NCBI RefSeq assembly: GCF_036321535.1
Contig: NC_087437.1
Span: 30,568,001 to 30,632,000 of the forward strand
DNA from: Camelus dromedarius
Lineage: Eukaryota
Length of the DNA: 64,000 nt
Direction of reading: 5' to 3'
Numbering within the stretch: the first letter of the stretch is position 1; every line of letters begins with the position of its first letter. This document shows positions 1-13,307 of the stretch, piece by piece. The translations under genes and the position numbers were made by a program. The notes below the pieces were generated by a model. It saw only the letters and a list, made by a program, of their open reading frames with translations. It ran no database searches and was not told the origin of the DNA.

Positions 1-690
1 GGCCAACAGATCTATGAAAAGGCACTCAACATTACTAATAATCAGGGAAATGCAAATCAAAACCAGGAGATATCACCTCACACCTATTAGGATGGCTATT
101 AAAAACAAAAATGAAAACAAAAGATAAGTGTTGGTGAAGGTGTGGAAAAAGGAGACTCTGGCACACGACTGGTGTGAATGTAACTTGGTATAGGCACTAT
201 AGACAAAAGTATTGAGGTTCCTCAAAAAATTAAATATAGAACTAGCATATGACTGGGAAATCCCATTTCTGAATATATATCTAGAAGAATTGAAACCAAA
301 ATCTTGAGGAGATATCTGCATTCCCCATGTTCACTGCAGCATTATTCACAACAGCCAAGATACAGAAACAAACCAAATGTTCATTGACTGATAAATTGAT
401 AAAGAAAATATGGTATACACATAAAGAGGAATAGCATTCAGCCTTTAAAAGAAGGAAATCTGTTGTGCAACACAGTGCCTACAGTTAACAACACGCATTA
501 TGTACCTAAAAAATTTAAGAAGGTGAATCTCATGTTACATGAAACTCTTGGAAGTGATGATATGCTTATTATCTTGGCTGTAACCATGAGTGCATACATT
601 TGTCCAAATTCACCGAATTGTATGCAGGCTTTTTTTGTTTGTTTGTTCTGTAGAGCAGTTATACCTCAATAAAGCTGGGGAGAAAAAAAG
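1..690 (+). mobile_element. L1 3' fragment (end of ORF2 plus 3'UTR, L1MA/L1MB-like)
   Basis: Contains atcagggaaatgcaaatcaaaacc...atcacctcacacctattaggatggct and atgttcactgcagcattattcacaacagccaaga; ends cctcaataaagctgggg followed by an A-rich tail. Confidence 0.85.
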
Positions 691-1104
691 ACAATGCCTT
701 GATTTGATAAATGTCCAAATATTGTCAGTTATTAACATAGTTATTATTCTAATACTTATGGTAATATGTTATAATTTATGTTTTTATCTGTGTCCCCTAC
801 TAGCCAAGTTCTTCTTAGGGATAGGAAATATGATGTTTAGGTCTATATAATTATGCTTATAAAAATATAATACTTTTGTCTAGCAAAGTATCTGGCACAG
901 AATGGGCCTTCAAAATATAGAAGAATGAATGACTAAAAAAATCAGGTTTGGTAATGTATCTGTGATAGGGCTCTGCATTCTATTAATCTAATTAGGTCAA
1001 AACATAAATCTTTAAGACAGCCCAAAAGTTCTGAGAAATCCAAGGCACTCAGAGGTCCAAGCAATGTGCTTGTACCAACTGTCTGATCCCTCATATCTTG
1101 GACA

Positions 1105-1330
1105 CAATTATAGTGACATGATTAAAAATATGGACTCTGAGGTCAAGGATTGAAAACTAGATCTGTAGCTTAATTGCTGTTTGACTTTAAACTCCATAAG
1201 TCACAGTTTTTCTCATACATAAAATGGTAATAATTTTAGTTATGCTTCACTGATTTGTTACAGGAATTAAGAAAAATAATTTACAAACCATGCTTAGCAT
1301 AACTCTTGGCATATAGAAAGTGTTCAATTT
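1105..1330 (+). mobile_element. MIR SINE
   Basis: cagtttttctcatacataaaatggtaataat...gcttagcataactcttggcatatagaaagtgttcaat resembles the MIR core and 3' end. Confidence 0.6.
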
Positions 1331-1334
1331 CCTG

Positions 1335-1860
1335 GCAATGAATTCTCCTGAGTCTTGTTTGTCTCAACAAAATTTTTATTTCATCTTCATCTTCTCTGGT
1401 GATATATAGAAATCTAGGTTGAGAAAATTATTTTGTTGAGCACTTTAAAACTGTCATTCAATTGTCCCCTGGCTCTTACTGTTTTGATTGAGAAATCTTC
1501 TGTCAGTGTTACTGGTGATCCTTTGAAAGGAATGTGTCTTTGTTCTTTGTTTTTAAGATTTTATTTTGTCTTTGATTCTCAACAATCTTATGTCACAATG
1601 AGATTTAAAGTTTTTATTTCATTTGTATTTGGTTGACCTTTTTGATTTTGTAAATTGTTGTTTTTGGAAAACTCTTAGCCATTATATCTTCAAGTATTTC
1701 TGCCCCATTCTCCTCCCCTCTCCTTTTGAGATCATAATTAAACATATGTTAAACCTTTTCACTGAGTCCCACATGTTTCTACCATTTGTTTCTCTATTTG
1801 CAATTTTGTTTCCTCTGTGTGCTTCATTTTGGATACTTTTTATAGAACTGCCTTCAACCT
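1335..1860 (-). mobile_element. Old L1 fragment (ORF1 region, antisense)
   Basis: T-rich, with L1-antisense phrases such as tagaaatctaggttga, gttttgattgagaaatc and agccattatatcttcaagtatttc. Confidence 0.55.
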
Positions 1861-2046
1861 GGTTTTGTGTGTGTGTGTATGTGTGTGTGTTGGAGGCTCC
1901 TCACTCTGGCAAGGGATGGTTTATTGAATACTGAAGGGATCCTCATTCTATTAAGCCCTTAAAGGGGGGAAATTTTTCTTGTGTATTTCTCAGTTCAGTC
2001 TTGACAACACTCAAGATGTGGAGAAGTATACCTCATTTTAAGCCCT

Positions 2047-2413
2047 TGCTGCAATAAATTGAATATTTGTGTTTCCCCCAAATTCATACGTTGTAAACCT
2101 AATGCCCAGTGTGAAGGCACTTGGAAATGGGGCCTTTGGGAGGTGATTAGGCTATGATTATGACCTAATGAATGGGATTAGTTACCTTATAAAAGAGAAG
2201 CCAGAGGGCTCCCGCATCCCTTCTGCCACGGGTAGTTAAAGCAAGAAAACAGACCTCTATGAACTGAGAAAGGAGCTCTCGCCAGACTCCAAATCAACTG
2301 GTGCCTTAATCCTGGATGTCCCAAGCTTCAAAACTATGAGAACTAAATTCCTGTTGTTTATAAACCACCCAGGCTCTAGTATTTTGTTATAACAACTCAA
2401 GTAGACTAAGACA
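2047..2413 (+). mobile_element. MaLR solo LTR (MLT1A-like)
   Basis: tgaatatttgtgtttcccccaaattcata...ggggcctttgggaggtgattagg...tattttgttataacaactcaagtagactaagaca. Confidence 0.85.
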
Positions 2414-5400
2414 CTTTTTATTACACAGGTTATTATTCCTACCTGGCATTCATTACCATTTTTCTCTTCTTTATTATTTTAGTTTTGGTGTTTATGCTTT
2501 TTAATTCCCCTGTGGGCTTGCGCCTAAAACCAAGACTAGATATTCACCATGAACATCAGGAGTTCTGCTATAACCAACAGAGACCCTGGCTAGAGGCAGG
2601 CAAATGGCTACAATCTTTCCCGGTATACTCCAGAGCTATAGGAGGGACACTCAGACAAAATAAAATAAAATAAAATAAAAAATCACAACTATATTTCTTT
2701 CTGGAAATTGTGAGAAAGATCTAATACAATCTAAAAGAAGAAAGAATGGAGAATTGCACGAGAATTAACAGACATCTTCAACTTGGAATACTCCTCAGTG
2801 TTTATTACAAGAAATTAAAAACTAAGGATTGTGCTTTTGAAAGTGCAACATTGGTACACTCGAGTATCATTTAAAGTCTTCTGGAAGAGGAGCCTTTACA
2901 ACATATGAACACTTGTAAACCTGAGACATGAGAGAATATAAACCCTGTATTTTTTGGTTATAAATATTCTGAACTAGGTTCATTCCAGGCGAATAAACAC
3001 GAGCAGGCAGCTACAGAAGCGTTACATGTTTGTTTAAGTAATTACTCCCCTTTAAGGAAAACACTTTACAACAGCAGTAAGGCAGTGAGGCGAAATCACG
3101 CAAGTTAAAATCCCTTCAAGTATAACCAAAGGCCTGGGAGCCCCAGAGAAGAAAGCCATATGCTAAGAAGTCATCCAGTTTTGCAACCTTTAGGAGACAC
3201 TCCAGGAGCAGGATCTTTCTGGCCCCTTCCACTGCTCTAACAAGGTCCCTGCCCCACCCCACCCCCACCACATCATCTACTGCCATTGCCAGCAGCACCT
3301 CCACCAACCCAGAAAAAAACTGCCTTAGGAGAAAATAGATTTTATCATCAAAATTAGAGGTAGCGTTGGCAGGAGGTTGGGAAGTGGACAGTCATGGTTA
3401 CGTAGAGAAAAATGTGAGTAAATACAGTACAATTCTCTTATCATGGCTCTCCCTGTCACAGTTTCTTGTTAGAGAACCCCTGAATATTAATATTCATCAT
3501 CTCAGATTATATATTAAAACAATTTGTTTTAGAATTCTTAGGAAAACTTTATGGGTTTCATAGCTCTCAGATATCATCTACTGCATTCTTTGCTGTCTGC
3601 CACTAAATAAAGCATGGTAAGTGTTAACTGAGGAAGGAGAAAAGCTTCCTCGGGCACCCCCAACACAGAGTTAAGACTTAGCACAACTATGCAAGATACA
3701 ATAGATTCAGAGACCCTTACAAATCCAAAAGAATGTCTCCACCCAGAAAAGAGGTTAGTCTTTACAAAAGAAGGAAAATTACTGAGCATCACCTTGTTAA
3801 GTATGTTTATAGGCAAAGCGTAAAATGGACAAGCAAATGAAACTCTGATCTTATCAAAGGTAAGACTCAGGCTAGACTTGGGTTTTTTTTCCTGTGATTG
3901 TAAGACCTCTGAGAAGTAACATTTTCAAAGGTTTTGTTTACTACTATTGACTATGGGAGATTCTGAAAAGTGCAGTCATCAAAACAAGCTAAATGGCACA
4001 ATACCAACTCCATCATCTGTAGCCATTTGGATTTCAATTTTCAGTAAAGGTTATTTCATTCTCTCCTGCCCCACCCCCACTGCAACAGACCTGGTACTGT
4101 CACCTTTTTTTTTTTCTCTTTGATGCAATGAAATTTGTTGTTTCCAGAATATTTTGCATGACTAAGAAGAAAGAAATTGAATAAAATATTATAATTTACA
4201 AATCTCACTTGGGAAAAATATGTGCATATAAATCAACATTTCTGGTGAAGGCCCCTCAAATCCTTTTCATCTCCCGCTGAATTCACTCAGTGTTCCGCCT
4301 GTGAATACATTCAGGGGAATGATGCATTTTGAAAGTGACTCGCTTGATAAAGGTGTTCAAAAAATAATTGAACAAGACAACCCCTACTTTAAGGCAGAGG
4401 TGAGGATCAGTCATAAATGTTTATCCTAAAGCTGCCAAGGTGAAGACCTCAGGGGGAGAGACATCTAGCCTTTGGCTATGTAAGCAGTGTCATTCTACTC
4501 AAAACAAGGTCTCTTCACAGGCACACACGCAAATACATCCTAGGAGACGGTGTAGTAAAATGAACAGAACCCGGACAGGGCTTCAGAGTAGTGAAGGAAG
4601 AACTAAATTTGAACCCAAGTTCTTCAGCATGGTCAGACCACTCTTGACATTGGTCAAACCATCTAACCCGATTGAAATTCAAGTCCTTCATGGAAAACGA
4701 AGGTAATAATATCTACTTCCTGAAGTTTTGTGAGGGTAAATAAGGTACTATGTGCACATAAACCTGACGCACAGTAGGCTCACATCCAGGGGCGTTCATC
4801 ACACTTCAATCTTCCCCGTCCCCCAGCGGTAACAGGCTGGCAAGGAATAATAGGAGAACCATAATGCAAGTCGTAGTTCTTAAATTATGCCCAGTCTTTC
4901 GAGTTCTACGCCCTCAGCCTAGGGGAAAAAAAATCACATATGTTCCTGAAACCCTAGTATTTTTGGCTTCTCATGGAAAGAGTGGGGTAGTAAAGTCTAT
5001 ATTGAAGCTGTCTTACTTCTCGCCCATCAGACACATAGAGTCCAAAAGAATACATAAAACAGTGAATTTCCTCAGATTTGACATTTTACTGGAGTTGGAC
5101 CTTAGTTCTTAACCCCTAAGACACCCACACAGCCACCACCAGAGACAGCAGAGAAACCTCTTCTACTCCATCTTTATCTTCCCCAAGGCTCCTTGGACAC
5201 TAAGAAGGCTTCTCCTTAATTTTACACCTTTAGGATATCCTTTTTCTATGTGCAGACAATCATCCCTTCACCTTGCCAAATGCCATTTTTGTGGTTCTTG
5301 GGTAGAGCATTCTGGGAGAGGGGAGAGGGGAGGGATGGAGGGAAAGAGGTATTCATAGCTATCTTCATTTAGGATGCTATAACTTTCTGGTGATGCGCAC

Positions 5401-7182
5401 TTTCAGTGCTCAGAAACCCTGTGGGCATCATCAAACGTGTTCCTGTGTGTTTTCTCACCAATGAGAACAGGAGAAGGAGAAAACAGACCCATCCTGCTGT
5501 GCTCCCCTCCATGGAAACTTCTCAGTCCTCACAAAGGCCAGTGTCCCTCCCCAGCCCCACTTGTGGGGGAAAATGTACTGAGGCTTCTCCATCCATACTT
5601 TGCCTACACCTTTCAGTCCCTAGTCTTGTAGCTAATCTCCCAGGACTGATAGCTCACACACAGCTCTCCACCACTAGCACTCCCGCTGTCACACCCACAC
5701 ACGTCACAGGTCACTCTGCTTCTTGTATACCATTTGCAATCCCCGTAGGGACACTGCTGGCTCCATATTAAAGCAATTTATAAGGCGCCACTTCTTCCCT
5801 ATTTAGGATTGGTAGAAATCACCTCATGCACCTGAAAGGTGGAATTACTGAGCCCTATGCCCTCAGTTTCAAGTGTCACCCTCCCATAGCACCTCTCTCT
5901 GTACTCCTGGGGAGAATGGAGGGCACCCTTCATGGCTTTGGAGTAGAGGCTATTAACATTCTCATGGGAGATAAGGTCAGCCTCCTGAGAAATAGCAGAT
6001 CCTCTCTCCACCGACTCCCAGACCAACAGAAGGGCATTCTGAGTCCTGGTTTGGTCCAACCTTCAAACAAGCTTTATAAACTTGATGGTAACCTAGCCGG
6101 CCTTTTACTAGATTGACTGTTGAGTTCCAATACTGCTTAGTTCCCACCTACTAAGTATCCTGGGTTGTTGATGCTTCTGCAGGTGACAATGGACTAGTCC
6201 TAGACTTTTAACCTCAAACAATTGAAATGCTTTTGGTGGTAAACAGCTCTCAAAATTTCTTCCTTGATCAGAATGTATCCAAGACAGAAATCTTTAAATT
6301 GTGTTTTTTTCTTTTTGTTTTTGTTTTTTCTGAACTGGTGTGCTGTGTGCTTGGGGGAAAAAGTGGACAATCTGTTGCCACCAACAGATCACCAAGGATT
6401 CAGATGTCTAGCCTTCAGAAAAAAAAAAAAAGTCAGTATGAATTAATCCTAGGGGTTTACTGATTGAATTATTTCTAGCTGGGCTGCCTTTGGGGAAAAT
6501 ATTTTCCTTAAATGTAATGGACTCAGTGGTCTCATTTTGTCACCCCATTCATTCTCCACCATCAGAGGCAGAAGAACTGCCCTATGCACCCCCAGTGCTT
6601 CCATCGTCCCCAAGTGGCTCGAGTCATCATGCATCACCTTGGGTCCTAGAAGGCCCTACTTTCAAATGCTCCCATAGCCCATTTGCGGCACACTCAGTGG
6701 CTTTACATGACACTTCATTTCTGAAGCAGGGCCCGCCTGGTCCTGGAAGAGCCATGCACCTTCCCCACAGCAGGCCTCACTTTCCCCTTCCCTCCACTGT
6801 CCAAGGCTCTGAGGCTCTCACTGAGGATATTGCCTGCCCCATTCCCACGGGGGCAGTGGTGAGGAGCCTAGCCTGCCTAAAACTCTCTGCAGAATGACAT
6901 CTCTCCCGGGCTTATCTTGTCTTCCCTGGTCGGAGCTTCCAATACAACCACTTCCTCAGTAAGACTGAGAACAGCGACTCCCTTTCCAGCAGCCTAAGGC
7001 ATTCAGAATCTGCAGCACGTGTACTCTGGTCCATTTTTGCCCATTTGTTTACTATTATACTTTCTTAAAGAATCTGTCTCCTTCCATTGTCCTAGCACTT
7101 TACAAGTCCTATGCCAGGGAGGGGAAGAGAAAGGGGATGTCCTTCCACTCACAACCCCACACAGCCTTGTACACTAACCACC

Positions 7183-7572
7183 TGTATTAGTCCGCTACGG
7201 CTGCCATGACAAAGTGCCACAAACTGGGTGGCTTAAACAACCGAAATGTATTATCTTGTAGCTCTGGAGGCTAGAAATCAAAAATCAGGATGTCAGCAGG
7301 GTTGGTTCCTTCTGAGGTCGGTGAGGGAAGGACCTGTTCAAGGCCTCTCTCTTTGGCTGGTACACGGCCGTCTTCTCCCTGTGTCTTTTCACTTCGCTTC
7401 TCTGCTATGCGTGCCTATCTCTGGGGCCAGATGTCCCCTATTTGGAAGGATACCAGTCATACTGGATTAGGACTCACTCTAATGAACTTGTTTTAATTTT
7501 ATGAGCCCTAGAAAGACCCTGGGCATCCTTCTGGGGTGGAGGGGAGGGGGTCACACAATTCAACCCACAACA
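7183..7572 (-). mobile_element. MaLR solo LTR (MLT1B/C-like)
   Basis: tgtattagtc...ggctgccatgacaaagtgccacaaactgggtggcttaaacaa...acacaattcaacccacaaca. Confidence 0.85.
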
Positions 7573-8658
7573 CTGCCCTTTCGGAGACTCTGTTCGAGAA
7601 CCTCCAGAACAAAGTACCAACTGGTTGGTACAAGACAGGCTCCAGTGGCAATTCAAAAAAATTGTGTCAGTCTCTTCTGTTTTTGCTCAATCAACAACAA
7701 AAAAACTATATTCTCACCCACTGATTCATAAATCTCTTCAATTACATAGAATCTAAAAACATTTTTTTATTCCAAGTTTCTATATTTAATGTGAACGCTT
7801 TCTGGAATCAAACAGCTCAACTTTTAAATGAGTTATTTTTTAAAAACACTCTTGGTGCTTTCCAATTTTGTTCATACTATTGTGCATAATTATGGAAATT
7901 TATAAACTCTAATGAATTAACAATATGTATTGAGCAAGTTGCCAGAGTGAAAAAAGCTGTGTAAGGAATGAGTTGTCCACCTGCCAATTTTCTGTTTTGT
8001 GTTGCCTGAGCAGTTACCATCCTTAAGCAAGACCAAGAAATTAACATTCACAGATTTATTCACTTTAGCTGGGCTCAGGGAATTCTCTAAATTTTCTAAT
8101 AACTTTTAAAGAAATGTTTAGTGAAATTTGAAAATTTTTACCTGCTTTAGAAATTTGCTTTTCAAAAAAAATAACACTTCTCCCATTGTGCTTGGAACAA
8201 ATGGCGCCTTAAGACAAATTAAGTCAGACAGGTAATAAGGCTTTTCAAAGGCTATTGGTTTTACCCAGATTTGAAATTTCAGAATCACACCTTCCCCACC
8301 AGGCCCAGAGTCTATTTCGAAACTCAAATCCCTTTTTGCTTTCAGCTTTCAAGTTCTGATAAAACCTAAATTCCACCCCCCCCCCAAAACCTCCTGTCTT
8401 AGGATAATACTATCTTTTTATAAGGATCTAAATACTTGTATTTTCTCGTGCAAACCCAAAAAGAATTCTGGAGATTCCCTCAAATGAAAACTCCATGAGA
8501 AGAGTCAGTGCTGGGAAGGAATGTGAGCTTAATTATCTCTCATTGGTCCTTTAATATTTAGGTGAAGACTCAGAAGAGTTGAGAGACTCAGAGTCTCCAA
8601 GAAGGGTGAGGCCATCTGAGCCTCTGTACTTGAACTAGGCCAATTCTATGGTGAAACT

Positions 8659-8680
8659 GGGGGGGGGGGGGGGGGGGGGG
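8659..8680. repeat. (G)22 homopolymer
   Basis: Counted directly from the sequence. Confidence 0.95.
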
Positions 8681-9999
8681 AGGATCCTCAATAATCGAGA
8701 CAGCTTATCAATGTCCGCTATCACTTTGGAGTACAGATGGTTACTATCCTTCTACACTGACTTTATTGGATTTAATATCTATTTTAGATCTACTAGTTAC
8801 TATAGTTTTTTGCCTGTAGTGAATGGAAGTAATATTAAAATTCTATTAGAGATTAGTGAAAATAGAGATGCAATTTTTTTTTTTCCATTCAATTTCACCA
8901 ACCCCAGGCTACAACCCCTGACGGGTCTGGTGCTTCTTAGGTGTCTTTGGAGCTTTCTGCTGGGTTCCCTACAATCAGCTGCAACAGACAGAAAGAGGAG
9001 ACAAGCCCTTAACCAGTATTTACCTGGGAGATGTTTTTCATCCCTTTGTTTTTCAGTCTTTCTAAGTCATTTTTCTTAGACAGCTCTTGTACAGATCACT
9101 TTTAGACTTTAATCCAGTCTGAGAGTCACTCACATTTATTGCCAATACTGAACTACTTCAGACTTACCTCTGCGATCTTATTGTTCCTTGATATTTTTCT
9201 TTCGTGCTTTTTTTTTGTAATTTGTTGTATTTCCTTGGCTCCATTTTTTCCTTTTGTAAGTTTGGAAGTTTTATATAACCAATGTCTCTCCTTGCAGAGT
9301 TCTAGAATACATGTGCTCACATCTTTCTATTGTTGTTACTACCAACAGTTACTTAATACCTGAAAGCAAACATAAAGATGGGCATATTTGAAAAGATGTT
9401 TATCTGTCTCTCTCACCCCGTGCACCCATGTACCTCCAAATAACATCAAGGAGACAAGGGGAGGGTGGGAGAAATGCTATCACCCATCTTCTGGTCTTGG
9501 CAGGCACTGAGGGGCAGAGAACATATGGCTAACAGGACAAGACAGAGCAGTATTCCTACCCTTCTCTGCAAATGACAAGTAGCGATGTCCCTTATCGAAT
9601 TCTGAGTTAAAAGCAGTCTGTGAAAGTTATTCCTTCCTGAGGTGGTTTGCTTAGGATTGTAATGCCGTGAACTGGGTGTGGTCTGACAATGCAGACATGG
9701 CTAGGAGCCTGGTCTACCAGTAGCAACATTTTACCTGGTTTGAGTATCCATCTTTCTCTGTGTTTCCACCAGGGTCTCCTCACCTATTTTCTCTGTGTTT
9801 TGGGGCCTTGGCTTGAAAGACAGATTTTACTTATATTCCCAGCCTACCTTGCACTATATTAGTACCAACTTATTAGCTAGTGACTTTCTCTGTCTTCATC
9901 TTGATCAGTTGATGATCGTATACATGTTTGTGTGTATTTGTTTATTCCTATACAAATACACCAATACAAACAACTCCTTCGTCACCACATATATTTCAA

Positions 10000-10240
10000 G
10001 GACAGCATAGAAATGTAATTAAAAGGGTGGAATTGAGAGCAAGAATCTCCAGGTTCAAATCCCAACTCCCCTACTTACTAACTGAAAAACTGAGCAAGCA
10101 GTTTAAACTCCCTGTGCTTCAGTTTCTTTCTATGTGAAACAAAAATAAATAATAGCACCTACTTCATGAGGATTATTTATTGATCCATATAAAATGTTGA
10201 AAATAGTGGACGACACTTAGTAGGTATTCCTTAAATGTTA
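10000..10240 (+). mobile_element. MIR SINE
   Basis: ggttcaaatcccaactccctacttacta...ctgtgcttcagtttctttctatgtgaaa...aatagcacctacttcatgagg. Confidence 0.75.
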
Positions 10241-10439
10241 TGTATCACATATCGCACACATACCACAAGCAACGCTCATAAAGCGTGTTTCCATAGCACT
10301 CTGAAACTGGGTTAGGGTTACTAAATGTACTGAGGGCAGAAAAGGGGAGTCTCCTGTAAGTTGAGGAGTCCCCAGAAGCCCTCATGACCTCACAAATGTG
10401 TTGTCTTTGACCCCATCCTGTTCCTAAACCCAGAGCAGG

Positions 10440-10770
10440 ATGACGTGAGGAATTCTACAATCCCAGCAACATACTGCCCCCAGGGTTCTTTCTACCCAGC
10501 CCCCTCTCAAGGGGCTTGCTCTGTGACATCCCAGGGGTGCGCTGCATTCTGGGAAGTGTAGTTTTCACAGTCAGTGTGAGGGGGGGAAAGGGGAGGGGGC
10601 AGGAGTGAAATCTCTGAAATAATCTAGAAGAAGGGATTGGGGAGGAATTCTTCTGGCCTCCTTAAAGAGGCAGGTGTTTCTTTTTTGGTTGGTGCAGACT
10701 CTGAGGCCAATAGAGGGGATATAAAGAATCTTCCTACTGTTTTTACACTGTCTTTTCTTCCAGAATAAAA
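10440..10770 (+). promoter_or_regulatory. Promoter-like motif cluster (or ancient solo LTR)
   Basis: CRE half-site ATGACGT at 10440; two ZNF143/SBS-like sites (10454-10470 on +, 10544-10562 on -); CCAAT at 10707; GATATAAAG at 10718; AATAAA at 10764. Confidence 0.4.
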
Positions 10771-11409
10771 GACTGAATATTTTTTTTTCCTCAGTCCAGC
10801 TCTATTTTGTTTTAGATAGTGAATTTGTTCCTAGTTTATTATAATCATTTTTAAGTTTCACCTTTTAATGGCATTGCAACTTTTTTCTTTTGTTGTCATA
10901 AGCAAGTTAACTGGAAGATGTCAGTCAATCGTCCTTTGAAACAGGAGTCTCTGCTACCATCACTTGTTTTTTTCTGTTATTAAAGTCCCAGAGAATGTGT
11001 TTGACTCTAAAATACACAGTCACAGGTTATGTAATGCTTTACGCTTATTTGCCTAGTGTCAGAAAGTTGGCTGTTTAGAAAATAAGCCACGTTGTGGTTT
11101 GCCTTTCCGGAAGGAAAAATTTCATAATCAAGCCCTAGTTTCCTACTCATCTGTAGTCTACTGCTTTGATTATGAGTTCCGAAAAATTCTGTACAATGGA
11201 AGCTTCTTTTAAATTGCCTGAATTATCAAGCAAAAGCCATTATTTCTCATCCGATCAGCCAAAGAGAGTTGTTCCCAGGAGTTTGCTTGATATTGGATCT
11301 CAGGTAAGACTCAATTTTCTCAGGAATAGGGGATTGTGACTGAATACAACTCTGCCAGCAGTGACTGTAATTCTGAGTCCCACAAGGTGGGAGTTCAGGA
11401 AGTGAAGTT

Positions 11410-12345
11410 TCAATGGCGTGGTAATCTGGGGCAAATATTTGATACTGCCGTTCTTGGATACAGAGAATGTTCTTGCCTTGTATCTTGTCCTGTTGACACT
11501 GAACTCATCAGCCACCCCCCGACCCCTTTTTCTACACCGGCAGAGCCGGCCTCTCATGAGAGAGGCTGAAAATGTCAGATGCTTCCTTTTCAGGCTCACC
11601 TGCAGTAGAAGTGGCCGTGTGAGCCAGTTCTGACCAGTGAGGTGTAATGGGAAGTCTGTTGTGAAGATTTTCTCCCCTGGTTGGGAAAGCGGCCCCATTC
11701 CACTGACAAAGAGGCAAGGAGACCCCCGCCCTTCTCTTCCTGCTTTTGGATACTGACATGAAAGGACGTGACATTTGGAGATGCTTTTGTTGTCTTGTGA
11801 CAAAAAGGTGTCCCTGAAAAATCGAGGATGCCGGATTGGAAAGACAGAAAATACCTGCGTCTCCAATAACTGCTGAGCCACCACAACCACCGTGGGACTA
11901 CCTCTCGATTTTCTATTGGAGAGAAAAATAAACCCTTGGGAGTACTTGTCACCTCTGATTGCAGACGTCCTGTTCTTCTCTACTCTGGACACGCAGGAGC
12001 ACAGCACTTCCTGCCTCCAAAGCACAGCCCTATGACTTGAAATACGTGACGGAAAGTGTTGTTTCATGCCCAGTGTTTAACTCCCTGCCACTCTTCAGCC
12101 AAAGGTCCAAGCAGCCTGGAAAGATGAGCCAATGCCTCAGCACAGCTGCTGTAGAGAGCCTTCTGAACCCTCCGCTGACTCTGCATAAGTGAGAAATAAA
12201 CTTCGTTGTATGCAGCCACTGATAGAGGGTGTCACCACGGTGCAATGTAGCCGTAGCCGATCATGCCGGATACAATCTGTATTTTTTAAGCCACTTGTAC
12301 TTTGATAAGCTCCTACTTGTAGCTAGAAGCATCCTAACTGATACA
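11410..12345 (+). mobile_element. Old MaLR LTR(s), MLT1J-like, apparently with a second LTR fragment nested inside
   Basis: ccagttctgaccagtgaggtgtaatgggaagtctg...aaaataaaccc; a second gtgagaaataaacttcgttgtatgcagccactga near 12190-12222; terminal tttaagccact...gcatcctaactgataca at 12344. Confidence 0.6.
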
Positions 12346-12884
12346 ACATATATAGCAATTTGACCCGCAGAAAACTGTTTCTGTAAAATCACAGGATGGC
12401 ATTGGTGGGAAATGAATATCTACCATTTCCTCCTGCCCAGACTTTAGTCTCCATATTCTAGTAATGGCATCCCAATTTTGCTCAAGGAAACCCCTGTGGC
12501 AGATGCACCCATTCCCTGACTGTGTCTTCTCAGCACTTGTTTCTACTCACAGAAGGAGGCTCACTTCAAACTCCTAGAACTCTTTGCCTGAGAACTTTGT
12601 CTAGTTGTAATAACCTGCTCAATTCATCCTGTGATTAACTGAATTATGAGTTAAACTCCCAGCTACAAAGAGTGTCTACTATCAAAGTGAGGGCATTGAC
12701 TGGGGGAAAAACTGGGGTTCTGTGAGCTACCACAGACACATGTGGGAAGACTCTGGTGAAGCTGGGGGCGTGGAGCCCCTAAATTCTGATGTGTCTTCTT
12801 TGCCAGCGTGAAAGGACTCTTCACCCCATAGTGGAAGTGGCATTGGGTCAGGCTTGTGGGACTTTTGCCAACAATGCGTGACCC

Positions 12885-13307
12885 GAATTTAATCATGAGA
12901 AAATATTAGACAGACCAAAAACAAAGGGACGTTCTACAAAATAACTAGCCAATACACTTCAAAAGTGTCAAGGCCATGAAAGACAAATGAAGGGTAAGAA
13001 CATTCACAGATTGGGGGAGACAGAGATGATATATCAACCAAATGCAACGTGGGATCATAGGTTGGAATCAGGTCCAGAAGAATATCACTAGTGGGACAAC
13101 TGATAAAATCTGAATAAGACCGTAGATTAGCTAACAGTACTGTATCAATATTAAGCTCCTGTTTCTGAAAATTGCACTATGGTTATGTAAGATGTTAACA
13201 TTTGGGGAAGCTGAGTGCAAGGTATTCAGGAATTCTTCGTGCTATTTTTACCACCATTATATGTCTAAAAATTTCTCAAAAGGAAAAGTTCAAAAATTAA
13301 AAAATAA
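12885..13307 (+). mobile_element. L1MC4/L1ME-like 3' end
   Basis: aatttaatcatgagaaaatattagacagacc...ctacaaaataact...gtgtcaaggccatgaaagacaaa...taagatgttaacatttggggaagctgag. Confidence 0.75.

Noticed and set aside
5314..5334. Canonical G-quadruplex motif GGGAGAGGGGAGAGGGGAGGG
   Set aside because: Such motifs are very common in mammalian DNA and there is no functional context here.
5798..5812. Perfect CArG box CCTATTTAGG next to a reverse CCAAT
   Set aside because: Several such 10-mers are expected by chance in 64 kb, and there is no other support.
11300..12067. 255-aa minus-strand ORF as a gene
   Set aside because: It overlies MaLR LTR sequence, resembles no protein I recognise and has no supporting splice or codon pattern.
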